A DNA stretch of 64,000 nucleotides from Eledone cirrhosa (taxonomy: Eukaryota): NCBI GenBank assembly GCA_964016885.1, contig OZ024740.1:302684001-302748000 (forward strand), written 5' to 3'. Shown in pieces: positions 1-16,483 of the stretch. Position 1 is the first letter of the stretch. Every line of letters starts with the position of its first letter. Under the pieces are notes generated by a model. That model was given only the letters and a program-made list of their open reading frames with translations, was not told the origin of the DNA and searched no databases. Made by a program: the position numbers and the translations under genes.

Positions 1-1310
<1,310 letters not shown>

Positions 1311-1419
1311 ACCTAACTGTATTTTCTTGATATATTTTTGTGTATTTCATTGGTCAATTTAAACTCTGTTCCCAAACAGACCTGTAATTTTGAATTGTTG
1401 TTATTATCAATAAATATAT

Positions 1420-1572
1420 TTCATTATTTCTGAAGACGGCATATGTATGTGTTGGTATGTGTATTAGATTTGATAGTTTGTATAATTTTGTATAATTTTG
1501 TACATAGATCTGTTGAATATGCATGCCAATTCTAACACATATATGTCCTAGAAACGATCGTTAAATAATGAA
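1420..1572 (+). ncRNA. Type I hammerhead ribozyme with long stem II insertion, probably in a PLE terminal fragment (~1310-1770)
   Basis: Stem I ttcattattt(1420-29)/aaataatgaa(1563-72); CTGAAGA 1430-36; stem II base ggcatatgtatgtgtt/aacacatatatgtc; GAAA 1551-54; palindromic stem III cgatcg; UH=TT. Confidence 0.8.
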
Positions 1573-1766
1573 CTTTTTTTGTTTAATATAAGGAACTGCT
1601 TCATTGTTATATTCATTATTTTTTTAATACTTTATCTTGACTCTGTATTCCGTTTATCTTTCACCGAAAGTGATTTTTGAATGCATCTCTTCTTTCCATG
1701 ATATCCGGATTACATTGAGTTCTTCATACGGATTGGACACTACCGTAAACTCTTGGTAGATTTATC

Positions 1767-3654
<1,888 letters not shown>

Positions 3655-3666
3655 TTATTAAAATAA

Positions 3667-3740
3667 CAGATTAAAGTTTAAGCAAAGAATCGCTGCTTTC
3701 ACCCTTAACGGAATCTTCCGAAACTAACAAAGTCAATCTG
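3667..3740 (-). ncRNA. Variant type I HHR of PLE family 1 (core CGGAAGA/CAGAAGA)
   Basis: Sense: cagatt..agttt CGGAAGA ttcc-gtta-agggt GAAA gca..tgc TT aaact..aatctg. Stems I and III pair; the core has a purine at U4. Confidence 0.6.
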
Positions 3741-4651
3741 TAAACGCAGAACTGGATATTTCAAAAAACGTTGCAACCGGAGGAAGACAGGAAGACGATA
3801 TTTTGGTTCATGGTGACGTTTGCTGGCAAAGAACGGGAAAAAACGAATAATACGTCATTAATAGGAGCGGTGAAAAACAATTACGCGCAAAGACAGAACC
3901 ACGTTTATGGTATAAAAGAGGTCGTAGACTAATGTTCTCTAAGTGGTGCATAGAGACGTTCTCTGGCAATGAACGAAAAAACGAAGATAATAAGTCATAT
4001 GTGGAGCGTGGAGAACAATAGCGTGCAAAGACAAAACCACGTAAATGGTATAGCAGAAGTCGTAGACTAAAATTCTAACTAGGAGACCGAATGAATCTCC
4101 GCTACAGAGTTAAGAACAAAGTAAATAAATACAATACAGAAGTAATAGGAACAAATAAATACATACACGCAAACAGATACGTACATACACAAGCATACGC
4201 AAAACCTTACCATAGGTATACAAAACCACGCACATATAAATATGTGTATGTGTGTATGCTTGTGTACAAATAAATAAATAATTATATAAATGTATATAAG
4301 TAAATAAATACGTATATAACAAGCGCACACACATACCTACAAATAAATACATGAAGGTTCGGAGACGTAAGTCAACTAAAACAAGAAGTACACATATACA
4401 CACACCCACCATACGTACAAACCTGCATACTCACGCAGACGCAAAACTCCCATATACACATAACCAAGCCCTAAATACCAGAATATGTAAAAATTATACG
4501 CCAAAACAGTCAAATATACGTACGAGAAGGCATAAATACCTTCACAAAACATACGGGTAATATATACTTACCTATGCAAATAAGTAAAGGAATAAACAAA
4601 ACATATACTTAGCTCCCACATCAAGACGTAAATATTCACGTATAGATCGTG

Positions 4652-5150
4652 CTATCCGTTAGGGTATAACGTAAGGCTGTAATACAGGAAAGTTTTGTGC
4701 AATTTATGTTTACAAGCCGAAATTGCCTCAGATTTTTTGTTTAAGATGTGGTCTGTGGCGTAGAGTATTTCCAGGGCCTCAGCGGCGCAGAGGTCACATG
4801 GTCTTTTATTTCCGTTATACGATCTAGCCCTAGCTAGGATCTCCCAGTGTAACTTATATTGGGTGTGGTTGTCTTTTAGACTCCAGATATAAGCTGAAAG
4901 TGACGTCATATTCCTTCTTAGAGGGTAACGAAAAGAATGGGTATGCATGTAAAGACGCTGCTTGAAACTATTGGCGGTTAACCCTATGTAGGCCCTACGG
5001 GACGAGGGTGTTACAACCTTACATTTGTAGACAATGTTACTAGAGAGGCATTTCCCGGATAGGGGACAATCAGCCCGATTCCTACAATTACAGTTAGTAC
5101 TAACTACAGGGTTGCACGTGTTCCTACGGCTAGGTATTTTAGCTAAATTT
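4652..5150 (-). pseudogene. PLE Cys-linker + GIY-YIG endonuclease (frameshifted continuation of the RT ORF)
   Basis: CNCRNRADCPLSGKC, IVYKC..AYIGLT..FKQR..H, CDLC..E..LN. A 5-nt deletion (ctgtg) relative to the sibling at ~61924 causes the frameshift. Confidence 0.9.
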
Positions 5151-6776
5151 GAAGATGTTATGTGCAAGGTTAGGAGTAGTTGAGTAAGAAATTTTAATAG
5201 TGTTTCTATTAAAAATGTTACTATATTTATGTGTAGGGGGAAAATGCTTCGTAATAAGGGAAATAAAGATCTTAGCTAATGGTGTGGCCACCTCCATATT
5301 ATATGGTGGGTTAAACCAACAAATGCGACGGGATCTATTTCTTCTAGGTCTATTCTCGTACTCTGTATATGCTACCTTATCGACAAATCCACTTCGAGCA
5401 AGAGCTTCATTGTAATATGTGGAATGGTCGTTGAAAATGCGCTCGTTGGTGGAAAGACGGGAAAGCCTCAACGAAACGTTTTTTACCAGGTTCTTGGTTA
5501 TGCTGGCAGGATGGTTGGAATGCTTACTTATGTAATTAAGCGTATCATTCGGCTTTCTATACGGGTAATGCAACCCATTCAATAAATTGAGGGTAACGTC
5601 GAGGTAATTAACGACCGAGAGATTGGCCTCAACCTGTATAGAGAGGTTGAAGCCTTTAAAGAAGGCTGTGAGTTCTTTTCTGAATCTGTCGCAAGCACGA
5701 GGTCCGCACTTAGTCATGGTCAAAAGACCATCGTCACGGTACAAACCACCGCCCGCGTTGGGGAATTCGTCCTTGATAGAGAAAAGAAGGAAAAGGCCAA
5801 TAACATCAGTAACCTCCGCAGAGTCACTGGCGCCCATACTCACGTCGAATGGGGTACTATTGGATTTTTTAATCCAAATAGAATCGTCAAAATTAATCAC
5901 CGACTTTCGGGCATTAAGGATGACATCAACTTCGAAATCCTTAACCACTGTGAGTGTTTTAGCGAAATTGATAGCTCTAAGGAGAAGTGGTAAAGTGATG
6001 GAGGAGTAGTAATTGTTGATGTCGAATAGGATAAAACGGCAATGTTCCTTGTTACATATGCCGTTGAACCAATCAATCACCGCGAAAGAATTGTTCCACA
6101 GTGCGAGAGGGGCCAAATTTCTAATTTCAGGTATAATTCTATCAAGAATCGTTTTACTAAGTCTACCTAAATCGGACTTCGTAGGGTTAATAAGCCGAAT
6201 AGAGGGGTTGTTCAGAAAATTGGATTTGTGATCCTTCAGGGTAAAGTGGGAAGAGATAGGGTCCAGAGGTTCGGTCCGGTCCAGGATGTTGAGATCAGAT
6301 GTGATTTTAAACCCAGCATCGTTGATTTCATTGATGACACACCGATTAGTTTTACGGTAATCCTTAGTTACAGCATTATGTAGTAGTTGATGGTAAGTAC
6401 TGCGCTCCACTTGATATAGGTTGCCAGTTTTGTCGGAATGGACGTGCACGGCGTTAAAATCCTTAATAGAACGAATTCTATTCTTCAGGTCTTGCTGGAA
6501 GGAATTGCTCCTATTCCGAAATTTGATTCTCCGAATGAGTTCCAAGACATCATTTTCGAAGGGTAGCAATGCTGGGTTCCACTGAGGATTATTATAGGTT
6601 TTAAATCCAAATTTGTCCTGTTTGTTGTCTGCTTTTCGCGGATTATCGAAATAAAAGGCACGCCAACGCAACCTTTTAATGAACGCGTCTGTTTTCTGTA
6701 TCAGGAGTTTTAGGTATGTTTTCCTGCTTGGTACGGGTATGTTCTTTGTAGAAATATTCAGATGTTGTTTCTGCAT
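5139..6776 (-). CDS. PLE reverse transcriptase, 545 aa (N-terminal part of an RT-GIY-YIG polyprotein)
   Basis: SDKTGN motif, motif A FDINNYYSSI, motif B' SMGASDSAEVTD, motif C LYRDDGL, YLDVTL, YRKP, thumb WFNPPY. Confidence 0.93.
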   Translation of the reverse strand: MQKQHLNISTKNIPVPSRKTYLKLLIQKTDAFIKRLRWRAFYFDNPRKADNKQDKFGFKTYNNPQWNPALLPFENDVLELIRRIKFRNRSNSFQQDLKNRIRSIKDFNAVHVHSDKTGNLYQVERSTYHQLLHNAVTKDYRKTNRCVINEINDAGFKITSDLNILDRTEPLDPISSHFTLKDHKSNFLNNPSIRLINPTKSDLGRLSKTILDRIIPEIRNLAPLALWNNSFAVIDWFNGICNKEHCRFILFDINNYYSSITLPLLLRAINFAKTLTVVKDFEVDVILNARKSVINFDDSIWIKKSNSTPFDVSMGASDSAEVTDVIGLFLLFSIKDEFPNAGGGLYRDDGLLTMTKCGPRACDRFRKELTAFFKGFNLSIQVEANLSVVNYLDVTLNLLNGLHYPYRKPNDTLNYISKHSNHPASITKNLVKNVSLRLSRLSTNERIFNDHSTYYNEALARSGFVDKVAYTEYENRPRRNRSRRICWFNPPYNMEVATPLAKIFISLITKHFPPTHKYSNIFNRNTIKISYSTTPNLAHNIFKFS

Positions 6777-7059
6777 GATGAATATAAGTCAGTAGAGTGC
6801 TCAACCGAAGGAGCCAAATAGTAATAATAATAAAATTGAAGACTAAAATCCAGAGAGGGCTCGATAAGGAAAATATATATCAAATATATAAGAACCGAAG
6901 GGTGAAAGCGGCGATTCTTTGCTTAAACTTTAATCTGTTATTTTAATAAATATTTGCTCTTCGGTTCTTATATATTTGATATATATTTTCCTTATCGAGC
7001 CCTCTCTGGATTTTAGTCTTCAATTTTATTATTATTACTATATATATATACATATATAT

Positions 7060-7114
<55 letters not shown>

Positions 7115-7140
7115 TATGTATATATATATATCAATACATA

Positions 7141-7655
7141 TTTAAGTTGAAATAAAATGAAAACAAAATTTCATTTGTCACTCTTAGTACGGCACTTACT
7201 TAAATGTAAGTATGTATGTATACGTACATACATATATGTATACAGACGTACAGTAGCATGCATATATATATATACATACAGGTACACATACATATATGCA
7301 CGTATCAGTTTAGCGGACGCTAATTATATGCCTGACCGACTTAACTCAGTCGATATGCAAATTAGGCTGCTCAGCCGTTAATTTTCATAAGGAAAGTATA
7401 TACTTTCGAACGTTCAACTAACTGGCAGAAGGGTATACGGTACTGATGATAGCTAACAAGCTTGAAACTAGTATATCGTTCCTGTGTCAGTGTTGAACAA
7501 AAAGGTGACGTGGTTGCCTTAACACCGCACGGCATAAATTCAGGCTGTTCAGTTTGTTTACAAACGAACAAAGCGGCGTTATAATAAGCTTCCGCTAAAC
7601 TGATACGTGCATATATGTATGTGTACCTGTATGTATATATATATATATATACATA
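7141..7655 (+). mobile_element. Fold-back insertion of a ~470-bp HHR non-coding element (family B2)
   Basis: Homologous to 15735-16483 and 30270-30730; inversion junction near 7320; ATGCAAAT at 7355-62; HHR at 7437-79. Confidence 0.8.
7437..7479 (+). ncRNA. Minimal type I HHR
   Basis: acggta CTGATGA t-agct-aaca-agct-t GAAA ctag TA tatcgt. Confidence 0.88.
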
Positions 7656-7977
7656 CATACTTACAATACATATATATATATATCAATATATATATATATA
7701 TCAATATATATCAATACATATATATATATATCAATACATATATATATATATATATCAATACATATATATATATATCAATACATATATATATATCAATACA
7801 TATATATATATATCAATACATATATATATATCAATACATATATATATATATATATATATATCAATATATATATATATCAATATATATATATATATATATA
7901 TATATATCAATATATATATATATATCAATATATATATATATATATCAATATAAATATATAAATATATATATATATAT

Positions 7978-8009
<32 letters not shown>

Positions 8010-8049
8010 CAATATATATATATATATCAATATATATATATATATATAT

Positions 8050-8083
<34 letters not shown>

Positions 8084-8103
8084 TGATATATATATATATA
8101 TAT

Positions 8104-8243
<140 letters not shown>

Positions 8244-8341
8244 ATATATATATATATATATATATATCAATATATATATATATATATATATATCAATATA
8301 TATATATATATATATATATCAATATATATATATATATATAT

Positions 8342-8463
<122 letters not shown>

Positions 8464-8618
8464 TTATATAGATTTTGAGTTTCTGTTGGCTGTATACCAA
8501 CACCTCAGTATGCAGGCTGGAGCACTCGACGAAGTGCGCAGGTTGGTTTGGTTACTCCGGAGTAGTGTAAAATAAAGTTAAATAAAAGTCAAATGATTAA
8601 AATTTAGCTTCGTTTATT

Positions 8619-8673
8619 ACTGCTATATATATTTCAGTGACAGCCATCTTTGACTGTGACCTCTTCAGGCAGT
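8619..8673 (-). ncRNA. Type I HHR
   Basis: Sense: actgc CTGAAGA g-gtcacagtc-aaagat-ggctgtcac-t GAAA tatata TA gcagt. Confidence 0.82.
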
Positions 8674-8917
8674 TTGAATTAGTATGGTATAGACAAGTAC
8701 ATATGTTATTTAGGTGTATGATATTGTCAATACTCTGATATGCCCAGTTCCTTGTTGGGTTGTTAATTCATCCAGTTCCCCAGTGAATTAACAACCCAAC
8801 AAGGAACTGGGCATATCAGAGTATTGACAATATCATACACCTAAATAACATATGTACTTGCCAAAATGGCGTAGGATAGAAGAAAGGAAAGGCACAGAAA
8901 CGAAGAAAGAAATCCCC

Positions 8918-8962
8918 AGTCACTGAAGAGGTCACAGAGTGTGTGACGAAAGAACTATGACT
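8918..8962 (+). ncRNA. Minimal type I HHR
   Basis: agtca CTGAAGA g-gtcaca-gagtg-tgtgac GAAA gaac TA tgact. Confidence 0.82.
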
Positions 8963-9129
8963 ATATATATATAAACAACTATCTGGTTGTGGAACCAACC
9001 AACCAACCAGAAATTTATAAATTTGTAAATTTATAAATATATATTAAATTAAATTGAAGTGAAAGCAACTGGTGCGTGTGTTTCTTATTGGCAACATGAC
9101 CCTCCCAAAGTATAACAATATATATATAT

Positions 9130-9224
<95 letters not shown>

Positions 9225-9247
9225 TATACATTGATATATATATATAT

Positions 9248-9301
<54 letters not shown>

Positions 9302-9375
9302 ATATATATTGATATATATATATATATATTGATATATATATATATTGATATATATATATATATATATATATATTG

Positions 9376-9412
<37 letters not shown>

Positions 9413-9414
<2 letters not shown>

Positions 9415-10021
9415 TAATTTAATATATCAACTAACATAAGCGCACAGATGCACGCCTATGCCAGCAAATACAGAGGTTATGTCATAGTACCTAGGTGGTT
9501 CAATGCAGGAGGATGCAGAACAATAATATAAAAGACGTAAAATAAGAAAATCCTTTTAAAAATATTTAAAAAAAAAAACTTTTACTTACTTAAATTTTCA
9601 CTCCAACTAATTAGTTTCTGCAATGGGATAAAGACAGTTACGTAATCCAACTGTCGAGAATTCATTGCGTCATCAGGGAGTTTATTCTCAGCTAAGTCTC
9701 CAGGCAATGCGCGGACACTGGCGGCTCATATAAAAATAATAATAATTCGGTAGATGGAACAGCTAGCGAGGACTGAATTCCATGCACTGAAATCCTCACT
9801 GCTTCTAGTCAAATGGCCGATTCTAAAGAATCAATCACGTGACACAGAGGCTAGTCAGAAGGAATGGGATGGTAAAATGACAGACGCCTACTAACACCCC
9901 CAAAAAAAATTTTTTTAGAAGTGGTTTTGGCAGGTTTGCTCGACAAATCAGTGATTTGGAGATAAATATAGATAATTTAATATATCAACTAACATAAGCG
10001 CACAGATGCACACCTATGCCA
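9413..10021 (-). mobile_element. Non-coding HHR element, ~558-bp unit present as 1.1 copies (family C)
   Basis: Direct terminal repeat gataatttaatatatcaactaacataagcgcac at 9413 and 9971; HHR 9600-9681; homolog at 30871-31487. Confidence 0.82.
9600..9681 (-). ncRNA. Type I HHR with extended loop II
   Basis: Sense: actcc CTGATGA c-gcaatg...cattgc-a GAAA ctaattag TT ggagt. Confidence 0.85.
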
Positions 10022-10153
10022 TATATATATATATTGATATATATATATATATATTGATATATATATATATCAATATATATATATATATATATATATATAT
10101 TGATATATATTATATATATATATTGATATATATATATTGATATATCTATATAT

Positions 10154-10215
<62 letters not shown>

Positions 10216-10250
10216 ATATATATTATATATATATATTGATATATATATAT

Positions 10251-10295
<45 letters not shown>

Positions 10296-10338
10296 TATAT
10301 AGATAGATATATATATTGATATATATATATATATATAT

Positions 10339-10520
10339 TTGTTTCTACTTTAGACACAAGGCCAGAAATTACCCAGTTCATTACTGGTACTCTATTTTAT
10401 CGACCCCGTAAGGATGAAAGGCAAAGTCAACCTCGGCGGGATTTGAACTCAGATCGTAAAGGGACGGAACTATGCTGGAAAGCATGGCGTTCGACCCTCT
10501 ACCGATACTGTCAATCCATA
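10339..10520 (-). mobile_element. tRNA-derived SINE (family S1)
   Basis: B-box gagttcaaatcc and central gcctttcatccttacggggtcgataaaat..agtaccag; many copies in the window. Confidence 0.85.
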
Positions 10521-10751
10521 TATATATATATTTATTAATATATATATATATATATATATATTGATATATATATATTGATATATATATATATATATATATA
10601 TATATTGATATATATATATATATATATATATTGATATATATATATATATATATATATATTGATATATATATATATATATATATATATTGATATATATATA
10701 TATATATATATATTGATATATATATATATATATATATTGATATATATATAT

Positions 10752-10830
<79 letters not shown>

Positions 10831-10875
10831 TATATTGATATATATATATATATATATATTGATATATATATATAT

Positions 10876-12039
10876 ATATAAAAACAAATAACGAAACGAA
10901 ATTAAATTTCGTTTCGCTTCTAACTCACTTTTGTATATATATATAAAAACAAATAACGAAACGAAATTAAATTTCGTTTCGCTTCTAACTCACTGTTGTA
11001 TGACTGACGCTTAAACAATTAAGTTAAAGTGTACAGCTAGTCTGTATGTAACCACACAGACGGACCGGGTTTTAGAGTCATACGAGGTTTCAAGGAAACA
11101 CATTTCCTCTATTCTCCAGAGGGCCAGACAGGAACATTGGACTAGTTTCGATGTTATTACATCTCATCAGCAATATTTACCCATCTTCCGGCTTCTCTGG
11201 AGAATTGTAAAAGCACATATCGTTATATGCTTTTTCTATGAAAATTAGTAGTGGGTAGACTAATTTGCATAGAACGTGAGTCATTGTACGCACCGGTTCA
11301 GCGGAAACGATAAAAACAAATAACGAAACGAAATTAAATTTCGTTTCGCTTCTAACTCACTTTTGTATGACTGACGCTTAAACAATTAAGTTAAAGTGTA
11401 CATCTACATATGTATACGGAAGTATTAGTATGCATATAAATACACACATGTATACATCTGTACATGTACTCAGTTTTTCACTAGACACTTTACAGTGAGT
11501 GTCAGCTAGTCTGTATGTAACCACACAGACGGACCGGGTTTTAGAGTCATACGAGGTTTCAAGGAAACACATTTCCTCTATTCTCCAGAGGGCCAGACAG
11601 GAACATTGGACTAGTTTCGATGTTATTACATCTCATCAGCAATATTTACCCATCTTCCGGCTTCTCTGGAGAATTGTAAAAGCACATATCGTTATATGCT
11701 TTTTCTATGAAAATTAGTAGTGGGTAGACTAATTTGCATAGAACGTGAGTCATTGTACGCACCGGTTCAGCGGAAACGATAAAAACAAATAACGAAACGA
11801 AATTAAATTTCGTTTCGCTTCTAACTCACTTTTGTATGACTGACGCTTAAACAATTAAGTTAAAGTGTACATCTACATATGTATACGGAAGTATTAGTAT
11901 GCATATAAATACACACATGTATACATCTGTACATGTACTCAGTTTTTCACTAGACACTTTACAGTGAGTGTCCGCTAGTCTGTATGTAACCACACAGACG
12001 GACCGGGTTTTAGAGTCATACGAGGTTTCAAGGAAACAT
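10876..12039 (-). repeat. Tandem array of a 469-bp HHR-containing unit (family B1, retrozyme-like)
   Basis: Identical sequence at 11312 and 11781 (period 469); HHRs at 11134-76 and 11603-45; ATTTGCAT at 11263 and 11732. Confidence 0.88.
11134..11176 (-). ncRNA. Minimal type I HHR (second copy at 11603-11645)
   Basis: Sense: atattg CTGATGA gatgt-aata-acatc GAAA ctag TC caatgt. Confidence 0.92.
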
Positions 12040-12217
12040 ATATATATATATATTGATATATATATATATATATATATATTGATATATATATATATATATA
12101 CATTGATATATATATATATATATTGATATATATATATATATATATTGATATATATATATATATATATATTGATATATATATATTGATATATATATATTGA
12201 TATATATATATATATAT

Positions 12218-12257
<40 letters not shown>

Positions 12258-12613
12258 ATATATATATATATATATATTGATATATATATATATATTGATA
12301 TATATATATATATATTGATATATATATATATATTGATATATATATATATATTGATATATATATATATTGATATATATTGATATATATATATATATTGATA
12401 TATATATATATATTGATATATATATATATATTGATATATATATATATATTGATATATATATATATATTGATATATATATATATATTGATATATATATATA
12501 TATTGATATATATATATATATTGATATATATATATATATATTGATATATATATATTGATATATATATATATATTGATATATATATATATATATTGATATA
12601 TATATATATATAT

Positions 12614-12703
<90 letters not shown>

Positions 12704-12737
12704 ATATATATATATATTGATATATATATATATATAT

Positions 12738-12773
<36 letters not shown>

Positions 12774-12801
12774 ATATATATATTGATATATATATATATA
12801 T

Positions 12802-12859
<58 letters not shown>

Positions 12860-12875
12860 ATATATATATATATAT

Positions 12876-12941
<66 letters not shown>

Positions 12942-12945
<4 letters not shown>

Positions 12946-14908
12946 TGGAATAAATGCTCTGAAATAGCGATATATATGTGAATATAGACATAGAATATTC
13001 GAAAATATTCTGTATGTTTATAATAAACATTTTGAAGACCTAATCGCTATAGAATAGAATACGTCACGTATTACAATTAGATTCTCGATAAAAGCAAGGG
13101 AAGTAATCTACGCGTTTCATTCTCGTTAGAAATCATCAGGACTACATATCCAGTGCTTTTATCGAGAATGACACAGCTAGAGACTTATAGAATACTTAGC
13201 TGTGTACAGGAACTGGTTTGAAAGAGCGGTTGCCGGTCCGGCAGAAATTAGAAATTGGAATAAATGCTCTGAAATAGCGATATATATGTGAATATAGACA
13301 TAGAATATTCGAAAATATTCTGTATGTTTATAATAAACATTTTGAAGACCTAATCGCTATAGAATAGAATACGTCACGTATTACAATTAGATTCTCGATA
13401 AAAGCAAGGGAAGTAATCTACGCGTTTCATTCTCGTTAGAAATCATCAGGACTACATATCCAGTGCTTTTATCGAGAATGACACAGCTAGAGACTTATAG
13501 AATACTTAGCTGTGTACAGGAACTGGTTTGAAAGAGCGGTTGCCGGTCCGGCAGAAATTAGAAATTGGAATAAATGCTCTGAAATAGCGATATATATGTG
13601 AATATAGACATAGAATATTCGAAAATATTCTGTATGTTTATAATAAACATTTTGAAGACCTAATCGCTATAGAATAGAATACGTCACGTATTACAATTAG
13701 ATTCTCGATAAAAGCAAGGGAAGTAATCTACGCGTTTCATTCTCGTTAGAAATCATCAGGACTACATATCCAGTGCTTTTATCGAGAATGACACAGCTAG
13801 AGACTTATAGAATACTTAGCTGTGTACAGGAACTGGTTTGAAAGAGCGGTTGCCGGTCCGGCAGAAATTAGAAATTGGAATAAATGCTCTGAAATAGCGA
13901 TATATATGTGAATATAGACATAGAATATTCGAAAATATTCTGTATGTTTATAATAAACATTTTGAAGACCTAATCGCTATAGAATAGAATACGTCACGTA
14001 TTACAATTAGATTCTCGATAAAAGCAAGGGAAGTAATCTACGCGTTTCATTCTCGTTAGAAATCATCAGGACTACATATCCAGTGCTTTTATCGAGAATG
14101 ACACAGCTAGAGACTTATAGAATACTTAGCTGTGTACAGGAACTGGTTTGAAAGAGCGGTTGCCGGTCCGGCAGAAATTAGAAATTGGAATAAATGCTCT
14201 GAAATAGCGATATATATGTGAATATAGACATAGAATATTCGAAAATATTCTGTATGTTTATAATAAACATTTTGAAGACCTAATCGCTATAGAATAGAAT
14301 ACGTCACGTATTACAATTAGATTCTCGATAAAAGCAAGGGAAGTAATCTACGCGTTTCATTCTCGTTAGAAATCATCAGGACTACATATCCAGTGCTTTT
14401 ATCGAGAATGACACAGCTAGAGACTTATAGAATACTTAGCTGTGTACAGGAACTGGTTTGAAAGAGCGGTTGCCGGTCCGGCAGAAATTAGAAATTGGAA
14501 TAAATGCTCTGAAATAGCGATATATATGTGAATATAGACATAGAATATTCGAAAATATTCTGTATGTTTATAATAAACATTTTGAAGACCTAATCGCTAT
14601 AGAATAGAATACGTCACGTATTACAATTAGATTCTCGATAAAAGCAAGGGAAGTAATCTACGCGTTTCATTCTCGTTAGAAATCATCAGGACTACATATC
14701 CAGTGCTTTTATCGAGAATGACACAGCTAGAGACTTATAGAATACTTAGCTGTGTACAGGAACTGGTTTGAAAGAGCGGTTGCCGGTCCGGCAGAAATTA
14801 GAAATTGGAATAAATGCTCTGAAATAGCGATATATATGTGAATATAGACATAGAATATTCGAAAATATTCTGTATGTTTATAATAAACATTTTGAAGACC
14901 TAATCGCT
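12942..14908 (-). repeat. 310-bp HHR tandem array, ~6.3 copies (family A, retrozyme-like)
   Basis: gaaatagcga recurs at 12961, 13271, 13581, 13891, 14201, 14511, 14821; HHRs start at 13103, 13413, 13723, 14033, 14343, 14653. Confidence 0.95.
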
Positions 14909-15610
14909 CGTATTCTATTCTATAGCGATTAGGTCTTCAAAATGTTTATTATAAACATACAGAATATTTTCGAATATTCTATGTCTATATTCACATATAT
15001 ATCGCTATTTCAGAGCATTTATTCCAATTTCTAATTTCTGCCGGACCGGCAACCGCTCTTTCAAACCAGTTCCTGTACACAGCTAAGTATTCTATAAGTC
15101 TCTAGCTGTGTCATTCTCGATAAAAGCACTGGATATGTAGTCCTGATGATTTCTAACGAGAATGAAACGCGTAGATTACTTCCCTTGCTTTTATCGAGAA
15201 TCTAATTGTAATACGTGACGTATTCTATTCTATAGCGATTAGGTCTTCAAAATGTTTATTATAAACATACAGAATATTTTCGAATATTCTATGTCTATAT
15301 TCACATATATATCGCTATTTCAGAGCATTTATTCCAATTTCTAATTTCTGCCGGACCGGCAACCGCTCTTTCAAACCAGTTCCTGTACACAGCTAAGTAT
15401 TCTATAAGTCTCTAGCTGTGTCATTCTCGATAAAAGCACTGGATATGTAGTCCTGATGATTTCTAACGAGAATGAAACGCGTAGATTACTTCCCTTGCTT
15501 TTATCGAGAATCTAATTGTAATACGTGACGTATTCTATTCTATAGCGATTAGGTCTTCAAAATGTTTATTATAAACATACAGAATATTTTCGAATATTCT
15601 ATGTCTATAT
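14909..15610 (+). repeat. Inverted continuation of the 310-bp array, ~2.3 copies
   Basis: Reverse complement of the unit begins at 14909; HHRs at 15137-79 and 15447-89. Confidence 0.95.
15137..15179 (+). ncRNA. Minimal type I HHR of the 310-bp unit (8 copies in total)
   Basis: gtagtc CTGATGA t-ttct-aacg-agaa-t GAAA cgcg TA gattac, enclosed by attctcgataaaagca/tgcttttatcgagaat. Confidence 0.92.
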
Positions 15611-15630
15611 ATATATATATATATATATAT

Positions 15631-16483
<853 letters not shown>

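Larger units (their letters stand above)
8465..9120. mobile_element. Chimeric two-tailed PLE insertion with internal 77-bp inverted repeat
   Basis: Inverted repeat 8694-8770/8784-8860; HHR on - at 8619-8673; HHR on + at 8918-8962. The right arm matches 29520-29830 in reverse. Confidence 0.75.

Noticed and set aside
5139-5167. Programmed frameshift between RT and GIY-YIG
   Set aside because: The sibling at ~61924 has the 5 extra nt and reads through in frame, so this is a mutation.
5623-6231. Plus-strand ORFs of 128 and 72 aa (also 62360-62786)
   Set aside because: Antisense shadows of the RT ORF.
12942-15610. CRISPR array or simple centromeric satellite
   Set aside because: No unique spacers and a eukaryotic context. 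The HHR, the inversion and the junctions fit a retro-mobilised unit better.
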